Positions 17,040-27,431 of a stretch of 64,000 bases of DNA are shown here, one piece after another. This DNA is from a bacterium (GTDB lineage Bacteria; Patescibacteriota; Microgenomatia; UBA12405), in the NCBI GenBank assembly GCA_029561175.1, contig JAKQJL010000025.1:3582-67581 (forward strand), written 5' to 3'. The position numbers and the translations under genes were made by a program. The notes below the pieces were generated by a model. The model made no database searches, was not told the origin of the DNA, and worked only from the letters and a program-made list of their open reading frames with translations. How positions within the stretch are numbered: the stretch's first letter is position 1; each line of letters opens with the position of its first letter.

Positions 17040-19367
17040 TTAAAGTCTTGCTCTCTTTGCAATTTCGGCTTCAATAATCTCTCTTGGTTTACCGTATTTT
17101 AAGGCCGAAAGACGTTTAATCATTGCCGCTAACTCTGGGTTACCTGGTTTCTTCTTTTCTATTGCTGCCACGTTCAATGAAAACGGCGATTTAGGCACTC
17201 CGTTAACTATTGTTTTCATATATATTTCTCCAGTTCCCAAATTTAGCAAATCATGTTCACTAAATTCTGGTTGAAATTGTTTCACCAAAAATCCTGCATC
17301 CGAAATACCCACTCTAAAGCTCGAAATTGTACCCACGTTTCCAAATACCGCGTTTTTAACTTCGTCATCCATCTGGGAAATAAACTGGTTAGCCACAATC
17401 AAATTTAAATGATATTTTCTAGCTTCGCTCATGATCACTGCAAAATCTTGAGTCGCAAAGTTTTGGAACTCGTCCACGTATAAGTAGAAATCTCGTCGTT
17501 GTTCTTCTGGAGTATCCTGCCGGCTCATGGCTGCCATTAAAATTTTTGGAATCAGCACCAGTCCTAAGAATGCCGAGTTCTCTTCTCCAATCGTTCCTTT
17601 AGCCAGGTTGATAATCAAAATCTTACCCTCATCCATAGCCCGTCTAAAATTAAAAGCCGACACCCCTTGACCAATAATATTTCTCATCATCGTGTTGGTA
17701 ATAAATCGGCCAAATTTCGACACAATATAGTCCAACACTTCCGATTTATGGAATTCATTAGTGTTGGCAATTTGATCAGTCCAATATCTTTTCACCATCG
17801 GGTCATTAACTTTTGGGAGCAAATACTGAACATAAGAAGGATCAGTTAAACAGCGAACAATTTCAATAAAAGTCGCTCCTGGTTCAGTCATTACCGTCAA
17901 CATAATATTTCTAATTGCATGTTCAAATCTTGGGCCCACGATACCAGTTTTATAAGGATCGTAAAGTTTATACATTAAGTTAATAATTGAAGAAGTCACA
18001 AAATCTTTCTGATCATCACGTTCGCACTCCATCACATTAAAACCCATCGGTCTTTCTGTTTGGCTTGGGTCAAAATAAATCACATCATCAATTCTTTCTG
18101 GTGGAATTCTCTCTAAAATACTTTCAAAAGTATCATGAGGATCAATAAAACATACTCCTTTTCCGGCTTTAATATCTTGCAAGGCCATATCTGCTAACAA
18201 CCAAGATTTACCCACACCGGTTTGTCCGACAATATAAAAATGACGTTGTCGGTCGCTTGGGCTCATACAGTATTTCGTTTTTACTCCTCGATAATAATTA
18301 TCGCCAATATACAATCCATCTTGAAAAGCATCCGATGGTGCCGGTGCTTTTTTTGCTTTTAGCCAATAAATATTTGGAGTCGAAATCGATTTATTGGGTA
18401 AATGAAAAATCGATGCCAATTCGTCCGAAGACAAAATTGTCTTACCTTTGTGCCACCACATTGCCGGATATTTATAAATAAAATCAGTCATAAACATCCC
18501 CTTCAACCAAATTTTTCTCGATGATAGTTTGTTCCATGGGCTTTCAAATTGCCCAAAAACAGCCTTAACATTCGAAATATTCATCTTAGCGATTTCTTCC
18601 GAAGGTGCAAACGATACTACTCTAATTGCCACTTCAAATCCCACCTTACTACATTTGGTATCAATCGCTTCTAACTGTTTGGCATCAACTTTGTAACTGG
18701 CTTTTTCTGGGTTAGCTTCACTTTTTTTAGTTCCACTCACAAATCCTTTTCCAGATTTTGCCCACTTGCCATCTGTTGGTGAGACAACTAATTGTATGGC
18801 CACACTCTCGCCCTTAGATATTTTTGATAACGCCGAAGTTAATGCTGCCAATGAATCAGTTGGAATTTCTCGGAAAGTTTTTAAAGGATAAAAAGGATTC
18901 TTTTTAATTCCCAACCAGGCAAATTCTGCCTTGCCTTCAGCCATATAAATATTTGGTTCATCAACCACCTTAACTTCGCCGCCGGCATAAATCGAATAGA
19001 TCTGTTTTTCAATTAAATCTCGATACTTTTTAGGAGTAGAAATATAAAATCTAATATCCTCATTTGTCCCTACTATTTCCAAAGAAATACTTGGTTGAGC
19101 TACAAAAGTTTGTAGCCATTTAAATTTGGCACTTTTATACAAGCTCGAAAACGATGCAATAATTTGTTCCATGGCATCAATCTTTACCTCGTTTTCTTCT
19201 GGTACTGCAATCAACAATGTTTCCATTTCCAAAGATTTTTTTTCTCGGTCTCGCCATCGGTACCAAGTGGTCACTGCAATCCATAAAGCCAACACTATCA
19301 ATCCGGCTATCAACAACAATAGCATGTACCCAAAAACCGTTAATAATAGTGTATTAATATCAATCAT
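17040..19367 (-). CDS. VirD4/TraG/HerA-like coupling ATPase with N-terminal TM
   Basis: RHFYIVGQTGVGKS, FIDPH, LYVDEFQNF, SEARKYHL, AVFGNVGT. Confidence 0.9.
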   Translation of the reverse strand: MIDINTLLLTVFGYMLLLLIAGLIVLALWIAVTTWYRWRDREKKSLEMETLLIAVPEENEVKIDAMEQIIASFSSLYKSAKFKWLQTFVAQPSISLEIVGTNEDIRFYISTPKKYRDLIEKQIYSIYAGGEVKVVDEPNIYMAEGKAEFAWLGIKKNPFYPLKTFREIPTDSLAALTSALSKISKGESVAIQLVVSPTDGKWAKSGKGFVSGTKKSEANPEKASYKVDAKQLEAIDTKCSKVGFEVAIRVVSFAPSEEIAKMNISNVKAVFGQFESPWNKLSSRKIWLKGMFMTDFIYKYPAMWWHKGKTILSSDELASIFHLPNKSISTPNIYWLKAKKAPAPSDAFQDGLYIGDNYYRGVKTKYCMSPSDRQRHFYIVGQTGVGKSWLLADMALQDIKAGKGVCFIDPHDTFESILERIPPERIDDVIYFDPSQTERPMGFNVMECERDDQKDFVTSSIINLMYKLYDPYKTGIVGPRFEHAIRNIMLTVMTEPGATFIEIVRCLTDPSYVQYLLPKVNDPMVKRYWTDQIANTNEFHKSEVLDYIVSKFGRFITNTMMRNIIGQGVSAFNFRRAMDEGKILIINLAKGTIGEENSAFLGLVLIPKILMAAMSRQDTPEEQRRDFYLYVDEFQNFATQDFAVIMSEARKYHLNLIVANQFISQMDDEVKNAVFGNVGTISSFRVGISDAGFLVKQFQPEFSEHDLLNLGTGEIYMKTIVNGVPKSPFSLNVAAIEKKKPGNPELAAMIKRLSALKYGKPREIIEAEIAKRARL

Positions 19368-19702
19368 TCGTCTTCAAATTTTACCCTAGCTTCATTAATT
19401 TTAATTAATCTCAAAATAAATACCGATAGCCATCTAGCTGCTGTCGAAACTGGGCTTTTAAACCCAGCGGCAAATCTTTTTTTACCAATTGGTAATTTTA
19501 TTTTTGGTTTGGCAATTTTAAAATCATCATTGCTGGCTGTTTGATTAATTTGAGTTGGTGCACTTGGGGCTTCTTCCACTTTTTGCATCCAAGTTTTTAC
19601 CTCTTTAGGAACTTCAGATGACTTTCTCAAATCCACCAAAACATCCGCCTCTTTTGCAACTGGCTTTTCGCTGATTGTTATCCCTTCTTTATTACCTATC
19701 AT
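19364..19702 (-). CDS. Hypothetical protein, translationally coupled to the ATPase
   Basis: ATGA overlap; C-terminal LP...PVSTAARWLS. Confidence 0.7.
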   Translation of the reverse strand: MIGNKEGITISEKPVAKEADVLVDLRKSSEVPKEVKTWMQKVEEAPSAPTQINQTASNDDFKIAKPKIKLPIGKKRFAAGFKSPVSTAARWLSVFILRLIKINEARVKFEDE

Positions 19703-19747
19703 AACTAATAAAAAAGTATAACCTAAACTCGTATATAATTCCCATAC

Positions 19748-20896
19748 ATGGCAACAACTTCGTTTACTGAAATTAGGCGTATCGACAACAGTCGTCTCTT
19801 CATGCCTTTGCTCACCACCGTTTTGGTAATTTTTATTATTTTAATTAGCATTTGGTTTTTTCGTGGTGGCAGCTTTCGTCTCTATGCCTCGGTATTTTTC
19901 ACTCTCTACAATTTAACTGGTCAAGTTTGGATTTCAGTGCTGTTAATTGGTATTGTTCAAAACGTAGTTTTTTTGCCCATGCGTTTCATTGGTCTCAAGC
20001 TGTCAACCTCGCTCCATGCTTTTGAAGATGAGCTCGAAAAGCAAAAATCCGAAGAACAACAGTATTTTTTATTTACTCAACAAGTTAAGAGGGGGAATCC
20101 GGCAATTATCTTTTTTATTTTTAGTTTTATTGTTAATGCTATTGCTTTTTTCTCAGCCGGTCGAATTTTTTTAATCGATTTTTATGCTCAAAAACTAAAT
20201 CCCCACTATTTATATAGCTTTGTAAAATATCCCGACTATCCGCTTTTAGGCACCGATTTTCATTTTCCTTTTATTAAAATTACCCAAACCTATTCTTTGC
20301 CTTGGAATCAAATTTTCACCATTTGGGGGTATGTTCTTATCGCCCTAATCGTTCCTCGGCTTATTTGGCGTTTGGTTAAATTTATTTTTTGGAAAAATCA
20401 AAGAATTCTTTCGGCTAGAATCAACTATAATCGAATTATTTTAAAATTCATGGGTTTTGCTGGTACTCTGTTTATTCTGTCCCTCTTTTTTCTTAGAAAT
20501 ATTCCCACTTCTTTTCAAACCCTCACTCTAGTTGCCGATCTTACTCGCCAGAACACCACCATGAATTTTATTACCGCGGTGGGAACTTTTATCACCGCTC
20601 TTCATGCCGGCTACACTCGCGAGCGGATTGCTGCCAAAAAAGCTTTGGCTGCTGGTATCGACAAAGAAATTATTAAACGAGCTACTCGAACCAATATTCG
20701 AATGTCTTTTCGCAACGCCATTGTTTTAGGTGCTGGTGCCTTTTTGGTTACCAATCAAATTCCCTGTGCTTTTGAACTGTCTGTGGCCACCTTTGAAGTT
20801 CTCTACATTCTTTCTCCCTATACTTTCGATAGAATACTAGTTGGAGTTAGCAATTCAGTAAAACCTCAAAATGAACCAGTCGCCCCAACCACTTAA
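19748..20896 (+). CDS. Divergent YidC/Oxa1-like membrane protein
   Basis: Amphipathic helix, TM (ISVLLIGIVQNVVFLPM), coiled coil ending GNP, LYSFV..P loop, C-terminal TM pair around P (QIPCAFEL). Confidence 0.55.
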   Translation: MATTSFTEIRRIDNSRLFMPLLTTVLVIFIILISIWFFRGGSFRLYASVFFTLYNLTGQVWISVLLIGIVQNVVFLPMRFIGLKLSTSLHAFEDELEKQKSEEQQYFLFTQQVKRGNPAIIFFIFSFIVNAIAFFSAGRIFLIDFYAQKLNPHYLYSFVKYPDYPLLGTDFHFPFIKITQTYSLPWNQIFTIWGYVLIALIVPRLIWRLVKFIFWKNQRILSARINYNRIILKFMGFAGTLFILSLFFLRNIPTSFQTLTLVADLTRQNTTMNFITAVGTFITALHAGYTRERIAAKKALAAGIDKEIIKRATRTNIRMSFRNAIVLGAGAFLVTNQIPCAFELSVATFEVLYILSPYTFDRILVGVSNSVKPQNEPVAPTT

Positions 20897-21932
20897 TTTT
20901 TTAGAAGTTTTAGCCCAAACCAAAACTTCTGTTTGGCCCTTTATTCAAAAATATTTAGTTCAATCGCTTCAATTTCCAGAATTTTGCCAAATCGATCCCA
21001 AGTATCAACCCGAGCTCGATTTTCATCAGCAAATAATTTCCGACTACCCAACTCGTCAGGGCAAATATCTTCGGCCTACCTTGGTGGTCAATACTGCTCT
21101 TTCCATGGGTGAAAGTTTAGAAAAAGTAATTCCGGTGGCCGCCGCCATGCAACTTTCCGAAGAATGGATTTTAATTCACGATGATATTGAAGACGATTCT
21201 CTAGAACGTCGAGGTGCCCCCACTCTCCATCGACAAATCGGTAAAGAATTAGCCCTTAATGCTGGCGATTCGCTCCATGTCATTATGTGGAAAATGATTT
21301 TTGATTATCAAAACCCCAAAATTACCGAAGAATTTTATCATTTACTTAATCGAACCACCTTTGGCCAAACTATTGATATCAACTGGACTAAAACCAACAA
21401 AACCGATCTTACTGATGAAGATGTTTTACTAATTTTAGAAAGTAAAACTTGTTACTACACCATTTCTGGCCCAATGCGTTTGGGAGCTATTGTGGCTGGT
21501 GCTTCTGTTGATCAATTAAATCAAATATATCTGTTTGGTCGCTATCTTGGTCGTGCTTTTCAAATAATCGACGATGTGCTCGATCTAACCTCAGATTTTT
21601 CAGGTCTCAAAAAACAACCATTCAACGACCTTTATGAGGGAAAACGAACTATAATCTTATCCCACCTTCTAAGAACGGCCTCTCCTTCAGAAAAAAAGGA
21701 AATTATCGAAATCCTTTCCAAAACTCGTGATCAAAAATCCGAAGTAGAAGTAAATCGAATCTTTAGCTTAATCACCCAATATCATTCTCTCGACTATGCC
21801 AAAGAATTGGCTCAACAATTTGCCGCTCAAGCTAAAAAAATCCTCTCAGACGATCTAGGTTTTATTAAAGTCGAGCCCTATCGCCATCAACTCGAGATGG
21901 CCATCGATTTTATTATCAACCGCCAACATTAA
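20871..21932 (+). CDS. Polyprenyl diphosphate synthase
   Basis: GKYLRP, LIHDDIEDDSLERRG, GQTID, KT, AFQIIDDVLD, EGKRT. Confidence 0.93.
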   Translation: MNQSPQPLNFLEVLAQTKTSVWPFIQKYLVQSLQFPEFCQIDPKYQPELDFHQQIISDYPTRQGKYLRPTLVVNTALSMGESLEKVIPVAAAMQLSEEWILIHDDIEDDSLERRGAPTLHRQIGKELALNAGDSLHVIMWKMIFDYQNPKITEEFYHLLNRTTFGQTIDINWTKTNKTDLTDEDVLLILESKTCYYTISGPMRLGAIVAGASVDQLNQIYLFGRYLGRAFQIIDDVLDLTSDFSGLKKQPFNDLYEGKRTIILSHLLRTASPSEKKEIIEILSKTRDQKSEVEVNRIFSLITQYHSLDYAKELAQQFAAQAKKILSDDLGFIKVEPYRHQLEMAIDFIINRQH

Positions 21933-21937
21933 AAAGT

Positions 21938-21986
21938 AGCTTTACGAACTTTATTAACTTTATTAACTTTATTAACTTTATAAACT
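21938..21986 (+). repeat. 9-bp tandem repeat (AACTTTATT) directly upstream of dnaG
   Basis: AGCTTTACG AACTTTATT x3 AACTTTATA AACT, 1 nt before ATG. Confidence 0.9.
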
Positions 21987-21987
21987 G

Positions 21988-23766
21988 ATGACTTCTCAAG
22001 TCGAAGAAATTAAAAAAAAGCTCGATATCATTGATGTCATCAATCGCTATCTACCACTAAAAAAACGTGGCCGCCATCATGTTGCCTGTTGTCCTTTTCA
22101 TGGTGAAAAAACTCCTTCTTTTACTGTCTCTCCCGAACTTCAAATTTTCAAATGTTTTGGTTGTGGTAAATCGGGTGATGTTTTTACTTTTCTTCAAGAA
22201 TTCGAACGAATCGATTTTCGAGAAGCTCTCGAAGAACTTGCTAAACTTGCTGGTGTTAAGCTCGAGCATTCTGAAGGTCTAACTCAGTCAGATGCCAAAA
22301 AACGAGTTTTTTTGGAAATCAATCATCAATTAGCTCGTTTTTACACCTATATACTAACTTCCCATCCTTTGGGTAAAAAAGCTTTGGAATATGTTTTAAA
22401 CCGTGGTATCAATCTCGACACTATCAAGCAGTTTCGTCTCGGCTATGCCCCAGCCAATTCTCAGCTCACCATCAATTATCTTTTAAAAAAGGGCTATCAA
22501 GTTTCAGATCTAATCGCCACCGGCACTTTTGGCCAAAGCCAATATAATCAACGTCTTTACGATCGTTTTTCCGACCGGTTAACTTTTGCCCTGTGTGATT
22601 TTCGTGATCGAATTTTAGGTTTTTCTGGTCGAGTTTTGCCAGGGGCCAAGCCAGAATTGGCCAAATATATCAACTCTCCCGAAACCGAACTCTATCATAA
22701 ATCACACACTCTTTTTGGTCTCAACCTTTCTCGTCAAGCCATTAAAGAAAAGAAGTCGGTAATTGTGGTTGAAGGGGAGTTTGATTTAATTTCGCCCTAC
22801 CAGTCAGGTGTCAAAAATATTGTCGCCATCAAAGGCACTGCCTTCACTCAAGATCAACTTCAACTCCTTTCTCGTTATACCGACACTCTCATTCTTGGTC
22901 TCGATTCCGATTTTGCTGGCACCAATGCTGCCAAAAAGAGCATTGAAATGGCCGATGATATGGGGTTCGATATCCAAGTCCTCACTCTTGGTGATCAGTA
23001 TAAAGATCCCGATGAAGCCATTCGGGCCGATGCTCAGTTCTTTTATTCTCAGCTCGAAAAAACTCTCCCAATTTGGGATTTCATTATTCAATCAGCCGTT
23101 AAGTCCTATGGTATCGATACTATCAAAGGCAAGAAACAAATTCTTCAAACCGTGATTCCGTTTATCAATAAAATTTCCAATCAAGTTATTAGGTCAGATT
23201 ATTTTCAGAAGCTGGCTCAAGTCATTGGTTCTACCACCGAAAGTATTATTCAAGAATCAAAACATTATTCAACTACTCCGGTTGTTTCCTTATCCACCCC
23301 AATTACCAAAACCGAAACTCCTCCTCAAAAAATTGAAAAATTAGAAGAATATCTTCTAACTTTAATATTTTCTTCTCCCAAACCATTAATTCTTCTCCCC
23401 AAAGTTTTAGCTCATCTTAGTTTTACCACTTCTCGATTCAATCAAATCATTAGTTCTCTCTCAACTCTCAAAAAATTTAAGCCTCAAAAACTTTCTGCCC
23501 TTCTTGCTCCCGAAATTGAGCCTACTTTTATCAATCTCTATCTTCAGGCTACCGAAATTAAGCTTGAAGCTCCCAGTCGCCGATTAGAAATCGAAAAAGT
23601 AATCAATCAAATAAAAGGCCTAAAGTATCGGCAAACACTCTTAGAAATCAGTCAAAAAATTGCTAGTGCTGAAACCCTCAATCAGCAATCCGACCTAACG
23701 TCTCTCGAAAATGAATACAATCAAACTCTAAATTTACTCCAAAAACTAAATCAAACGAAGTTGTAG
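21988..23766 (+). CDS. dnaG: DNA primase
   Basis: CPFHGEKTPSF..CFGC, KYINSPET, VEGEFD, DSDFAG, KDPDE. Confidence 0.97.
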   Translation: MTSQVEEIKKKLDIIDVINRYLPLKKRGRHHVACCPFHGEKTPSFTVSPELQIFKCFGCGKSGDVFTFLQEFERIDFREALEELAKLAGVKLEHSEGLTQSDAKKRVFLEINHQLARFYTYILTSHPLGKKALEYVLNRGINLDTIKQFRLGYAPANSQLTINYLLKKGYQVSDLIATGTFGQSQYNQRLYDRFSDRLTFALCDFRDRILGFSGRVLPGAKPELAKYINSPETELYHKSHTLFGLNLSRQAIKEKKSVIVVEGEFDLISPYQSGVKNIVAIKGTAFTQDQLQLLSRYTDTLILGLDSDFAGTNAAKKSIEMADDMGFDIQVLTLGDQYKDPDEAIRADAQFFYSQLEKTLPIWDFIIQSAVKSYGIDTIKGKKQILQTVIPFINKISNQVIRSDYFQKLAQVIGSTTESIIQESKHYSTTPVVSLSTPITKTETPPQKIEKLEEYLLTLIFSSPKPLILLPKVLAHLSFTTSRFNQIISSLSTLKKFKPQKLSALLAPEIEPTFINLYLQATEIKLEAPSRRLEIEKVINQIKGLKYRQTLLEISQKIASAETLNQQSDLTSLENEYNQTLNLLQKLNQTKL

Positions 23767-23792
23767 ACTATTTTAATTGTTTCTTATACAAT
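23764..23792 (+). promoter_or_regulatory. Sigma70-type promoter of rpoD
   Basis: TAGACT-N17-TACAAT, ATG 8 nt downstream. Confidence 0.55.
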
Positions 23793-23800
23793 ACAACCTG

Positions 23801-24889
23801 ATGCCAGCATCTCTCGATTTCTCCAAGGTAAAACAATACCTTGTTAAACAGGCAAAAAAGTTACACTACTTGACACAAGACGAGATTTTGGCGCAAGTCC
23901 CCGAACCAGAACGATATATTGATGAATTAGATCTCCTTTTTGACTACCTTTTCGACAAAGGTATCGATGTTTTTGATCGAGTCGAATCCCAACAATCAAT
24001 TCTCGAAGCAAAAAAAGATAAATTAAGTAATTCCGATCTCCTCTCACTTTTAACTCAAAAAACATCGGTAGATTCGGTCAGAATGTACCTCAAAGAAATT
24101 GGTAAAATTGATCTATTAACCTTCGATCAAGAAGTTTCTCTTGCAAAAGATATTGAAAAAGGCTCCGAAGAATCACGAGACGACCTTATTAATGCCAACT
24201 TACGTTTAGTTGTTTCTATTGCCAAAAAATATATTGGTCGTGGTCTATCTTTTCTCGATTTAGTTCAAGAAGGTAATCAAGGTTTAATGCGCGCTGTCGA
24301 AAAATTCGATTGGAAACGTGGTTTCAAATTCTCTACTTATGCTACTTGGTGGATTCGTCAAGCTATTACTCGTGCCATTGCCGATCAGGCTAAAACCATC
24401 CGTATTCCCGTCCATATGGTTGAAACCATCAATAAAGTTTACAAAGCCACCAGAGCTTTAACTCAAAAATTTGGTCACGAACCTACTATCGAACAAATTG
24501 CTCAAGAAGTTGGTATTAGTGTTGATAAAGTCGAAGAAATTTATCGAATCTCTCAAGATACTACTTCACTTGCCACTCCAGTCGGCGACGATGAAGATTC
24601 ATTTCTCGGCGATTTTATCGAAGACACCACTCAGCCATCTCCTTATGAAGAAACTAGTGCCGAACTTTTACGCGAATCAATCGAAGAAGTTTTGGGTTCT
24701 CTCGACGAGCGCGAAGCCAAAGTTCTCTCGCTTCGTTTTGGTCTTTTAGGGGAAACTCCAAAAACACTCGAAGAAGTCGGAAAAATCTTTAACGTTACCC
24801 GCGAACGTATTCGTCAAATCGAAGCCAAAGCCCTTCGCAAACTTCGTCATCCATCTCGCCGTAAAAAACTTCAGGACTATTTAGAATAA
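23801..24889 (+). CDS. rpoD: RNA polymerase primary sigma factor
   Basis: [53 protein letters not shown]. Confidence 0.97.
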   Translation: MPASLDFSKVKQYLVKQAKKLHYLTQDEILAQVPEPERYIDELDLLFDYLFDKGIDVFDRVESQQSILEAKKDKLSNSDLLSLLTQKTSVDSVRMYLKEIGKIDLLTFDQEVSLAKDIEKGSEESRDDLINANLRLVVSIAKKYIGRGLSFLDLVQEGNQGLMRAVEKFDWKRGFKFSTYATWWIRQAITRAIADQAKTIRIPVHMVETINKVYKATRALTQKFGHEPTIEQIAQEVGISVDKVEEIYRISQDTTSLATPVGDDEDSFLGDFIEDTTQPSPYEETSAELLRESIEEVLGSLDEREAKVLSLRFGLLGETPKTLEEVGKIFNVTRERIRQIEAKALRKLRHPSRRKKLQDYLE

Positions 24890-24892
24890 AAA

Positions 24893-25330
24893 CTATTTAC
24901 CCGCCGAAGCTTTAGCGTAGGTGGGCAGGATTATCTCGAATAATTCTCCATAACCAACTGTTTTCACTTCCTTTTTCACCAAGTATAAGAACATTTTAAT
25001 TACTGCCGAATGCGAAACCACCAATACTGTTTCTTTCTCATGATCATATTTCAAATCATCTAAAAACAACTCAACTCGTTTTTTTAGTTTTTCCAAACTT
25101 TCTTTTTTCATCTTCGGTCGAACTAATGAAGAAAAGGCGATTTTAATATCATCATCTCTTAATCTTAAAATTTCATCCAAAGTTTGTTCTGCGCGGTTAG
25201 TGTTCGAGCAATAAATAGCGTCAATCTGGGTAGCTTTCAAATTCTCAGCCGCCGATATTGCCTGTTTTACACCTTTAATTGTTAAGTCGCCTTCAAAGGC
25301 TTCACCGTGTCTCACTAGAATTAATTTCAT
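24893..25330 (-). CDS. Histidine phosphatase family protein
   Basis: LVRHGE, S..RAEQT, VVSH. Confidence 0.9.
   Translation of the reverse strand: MKLILVRHGEAFEGDLTIKGVKQAISAAENLKATQIDAIYCSNTNRAEQTLDEILRLRDDDIKIAFSSLVRPKMKKESLEKLKKRVELFLDDLKYDHEKETVLVVSHSAVIKMFLYLVKKEVKTVGYGELFEIILPTYAKASAGK
24899..24929. repeat. Palindromic element forming the phosphatase C-terminus (LPTYAKASAGK)
   Basis: CCCGCCGAAGCTTTAGCGTAGGTGGGCAGG, GC-rich imperfect hairpin. Confidence 0.7.
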
Positions 25331-25436
25331 GCCGATATTTTACAACAGATTTACTCAAATGATGTATAAAAAGAATCCAAAAAATGAATGATTATAGAAA
25401 ATAGTTTTATTCCAATACTAATCAAAGAATTATTTT

Positions 25437-25811
25437 TCAACTTTTCCATAATCCGTGAAGATTACAGTAGCTAAAAACTTCAACATCATTTTCAACCCCT
25501 TCAAAGTTTACTTTGGGTTCTTCGTTGGGTTTTAAGAATTTTATTCTTATTTCACCATTCAAAATTATTCCTATCCATTCAATAAAATGTCCTTCTTCCA
25601 TTGGGTGAGCCACCGATCCAACTTTAACTTCAATTCCATTGGCAGTTTTTTCTACCACTGGTAAATGTTTTTCAAAACCAACATCTTCAATTTTCGGTTC
25701 CAACAATTGCATTGGTTGGCCACAGCAAACCAATTGGCCGTTTCCTTCATGTAAAACTCCCACTACATTTCCACAAATCGGGCATCGATATATCTGATAT
25801 TTATTTGTCAT
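25437..25811 (-). CDS. dfx: Desulfoferrodoxin (superoxide reductase)
   Basis: CPICGN...CCG, EKHLP, HPMEEGHFIEWI, YCNLHGLW. Confidence 0.95.
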   Translation of the reverse strand: MTNKYQIYRCPICGNVVGVLHEGNGQLVCCGQPMQLLEPKIEDVGFEKHLPVVEKTANGIEVKVGSVAHPMEEGHFIEWIGIILNGEIRIKFLKPNEEPKVNFEGVENDVEVFSYCNLHGLWKS

Positions 25812-25830
25812 TAATCAACTATAACACTAT

Positions 25831-26070
25831 TTATTTTTTATCTTCTGGGCTCAACCACTTGCTTAGAACTGTAAAGAAATACAACACTGCAGTTATTGTA
25901 ATGAAAGAACTTATCCATACAATTAAATATTGATCCCAAGAATGTAGGTTGCAGGTGGTGTTGCTTTTATCAATACACCCCAACCAACTAAAAACAGTAA
26001 GCAAAAAGCTTATAACCAAACCCCATCTAATTGGTTTCCAACTACCTGTATGTACCGGTAAAATAATCAT
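25831..26070 (-). CDS. Small two-TM hypothetical protein
   Basis: Two hydrophobic helices; TATAAT-N6-ATG. Confidence 0.6.
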   Translation of the reverse strand: MIILPVHTGSWKPIRWGLVISFLLTVFSWLGCIDKSNTTCNLHSWDQYLIVWISSFITITAVLYFFTVLSKWLSPEDKK

Positions 26071-26164
26071 TTTCTAATTATAAACTATTAAAAATATTTT
26101 TAGACTCAATCATCTGATCAATAATTTCTTTAACAAGTAAATCTGTATTTGTTAATATTATTAC

Positions 26165-27322
26165 ATGGATACTAACATTGAATCAAAAGAAAAATTATCG
26201 TTTATTAAGAATTTAATTACTCATTTGTTTTGGTTTGGTTTTGTTTTTACGATCATTCTTATTAGCTTTAGTAAATTAATTCTAATTCTAATTTTAATTA
26301 TATCTGCGTTTTCAATGATTCTATTTCCGGGGAGCCCAATTGATTTAGAACCTGTAGGTATTATTCCTTTTTTTACTTATGGGGCATTATTTGTTGCAAC
26401 TACTGTTGTTATTCGAATAGTAACTAGTAAGCATTATTTGAATTATATTTATTTCTTATTATTTTCACTTATTTCGGTAATATTTGAAAGTTTTTTAAGC
26501 TTTTTATTATGTTCAGGGTCATATTTTTGTACCAAAATGAGTATAAAAGAAGTTTTATTATCAATTATTACACAATATATAATCGTTATCGCTGCATTTT
26601 TGTTTTCCTTAATTTATAAAAGATCTATTTATTGGTTATTATTTATTTATTTTTCATTATTATTAATAATATTTCTTGGTTGGATGACTATTGGTGATTT
26701 TAACTTAAGGAAGAAATCATTTCTTTTCAATAAAGTAGCTCCTTCAAAATTTGAGACATATACTATTCCCGAAACATCTTTGTCATTCGTTATTCCCAAA
26801 ATATCACCAAGTACAAGAAAGTTATATTCTTTTAATTTTGATCGTGAAAAAATTACTCCAACAAATAATCAATTTGAAAATTATCCAAATTACAAAAATA
26901 TTTATGAAACCTATTTAGAAGAAAATAATCTGAAAAATATAGGTAATTATTATAATTATAGTATCCTTATTCCAAAAGACGATGCAATTTTTAAATCTGA
27001 TATAGAATTTTTAAATAGTTGTAGTTCAGAAGAAATTTGTGATGAAAAAGAAAACTTAATCAAATTAAACAATGGCGTAACCTATTGCAAAGCATATTCT
27101 CCAAACGAAAAACTTCAAAATGAATCTATGCCTTTTTTCCACAAGATACTATTGTTAACCAAAAGAATAAGAAATACTTATCTAGCCAAACCAACTAACG
27201 GATATCAATATTGTTTTGTCATGAGAGTATCCGCTGAATCTCGTTATGCAAAAAATTCAGTTATTGATGATCTTGTTAACTATACTTTAGAAAACAACTT
27301 TCTAAAAGTTTTAACTAAATAG
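26165..27322 (+). CDS. Hypothetical multi-TM protein with C-terminal soluble domain
   Basis: 385-aa very AT-rich ORF, about 5 TM. Confidence 0.65.
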   Translation: MDTNIESKEKLSFIKNLITHLFWFGFVFTIILISFSKLILILILIISAFSMILFPGSPIDLEPVGIIPFFTYGALFVATTVVIRIVTSKHYLNYIYFLLFSLISVIFESFLSFLLCSGSYFCTKMSIKEVLLSIITQYIIVIAAFLFSLIYKRSIYWLLFIYFSLLLIIFLGWMTIGDFNLRKKSFLFNKVAPSKFETYTIPETSLSFVIPKISPSTRKLYSFNFDREKITPTNNQFENYPNYKNIYETYLEENNLKNIGNYYNYSILIPKDDAIFKSDIEFLNSCSSEEICDEKENLIKLNNGVTYCKAYSPNEKLQNESMPFFHKILLLTKRIRNTYLAKPTNGYQYCFVMRVSAESRYAKNSVIDDLVNYTLENNFLKVLTK

Positions 27323-27431
27323 CGAGTCCAACCTTGCAAGAAATAACCATAAATCGCAACTTGTTTTTACAAGAACACAAAACAATCCGTAAATAACTGT
27401 AGATGATAATAAAAACATAGAATCTAAGTGT

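Noticed and set aside
17040-19367. Conjugative element
   Set aside because: No relaxase, VirB4 or mating-pair genes; core-gene context
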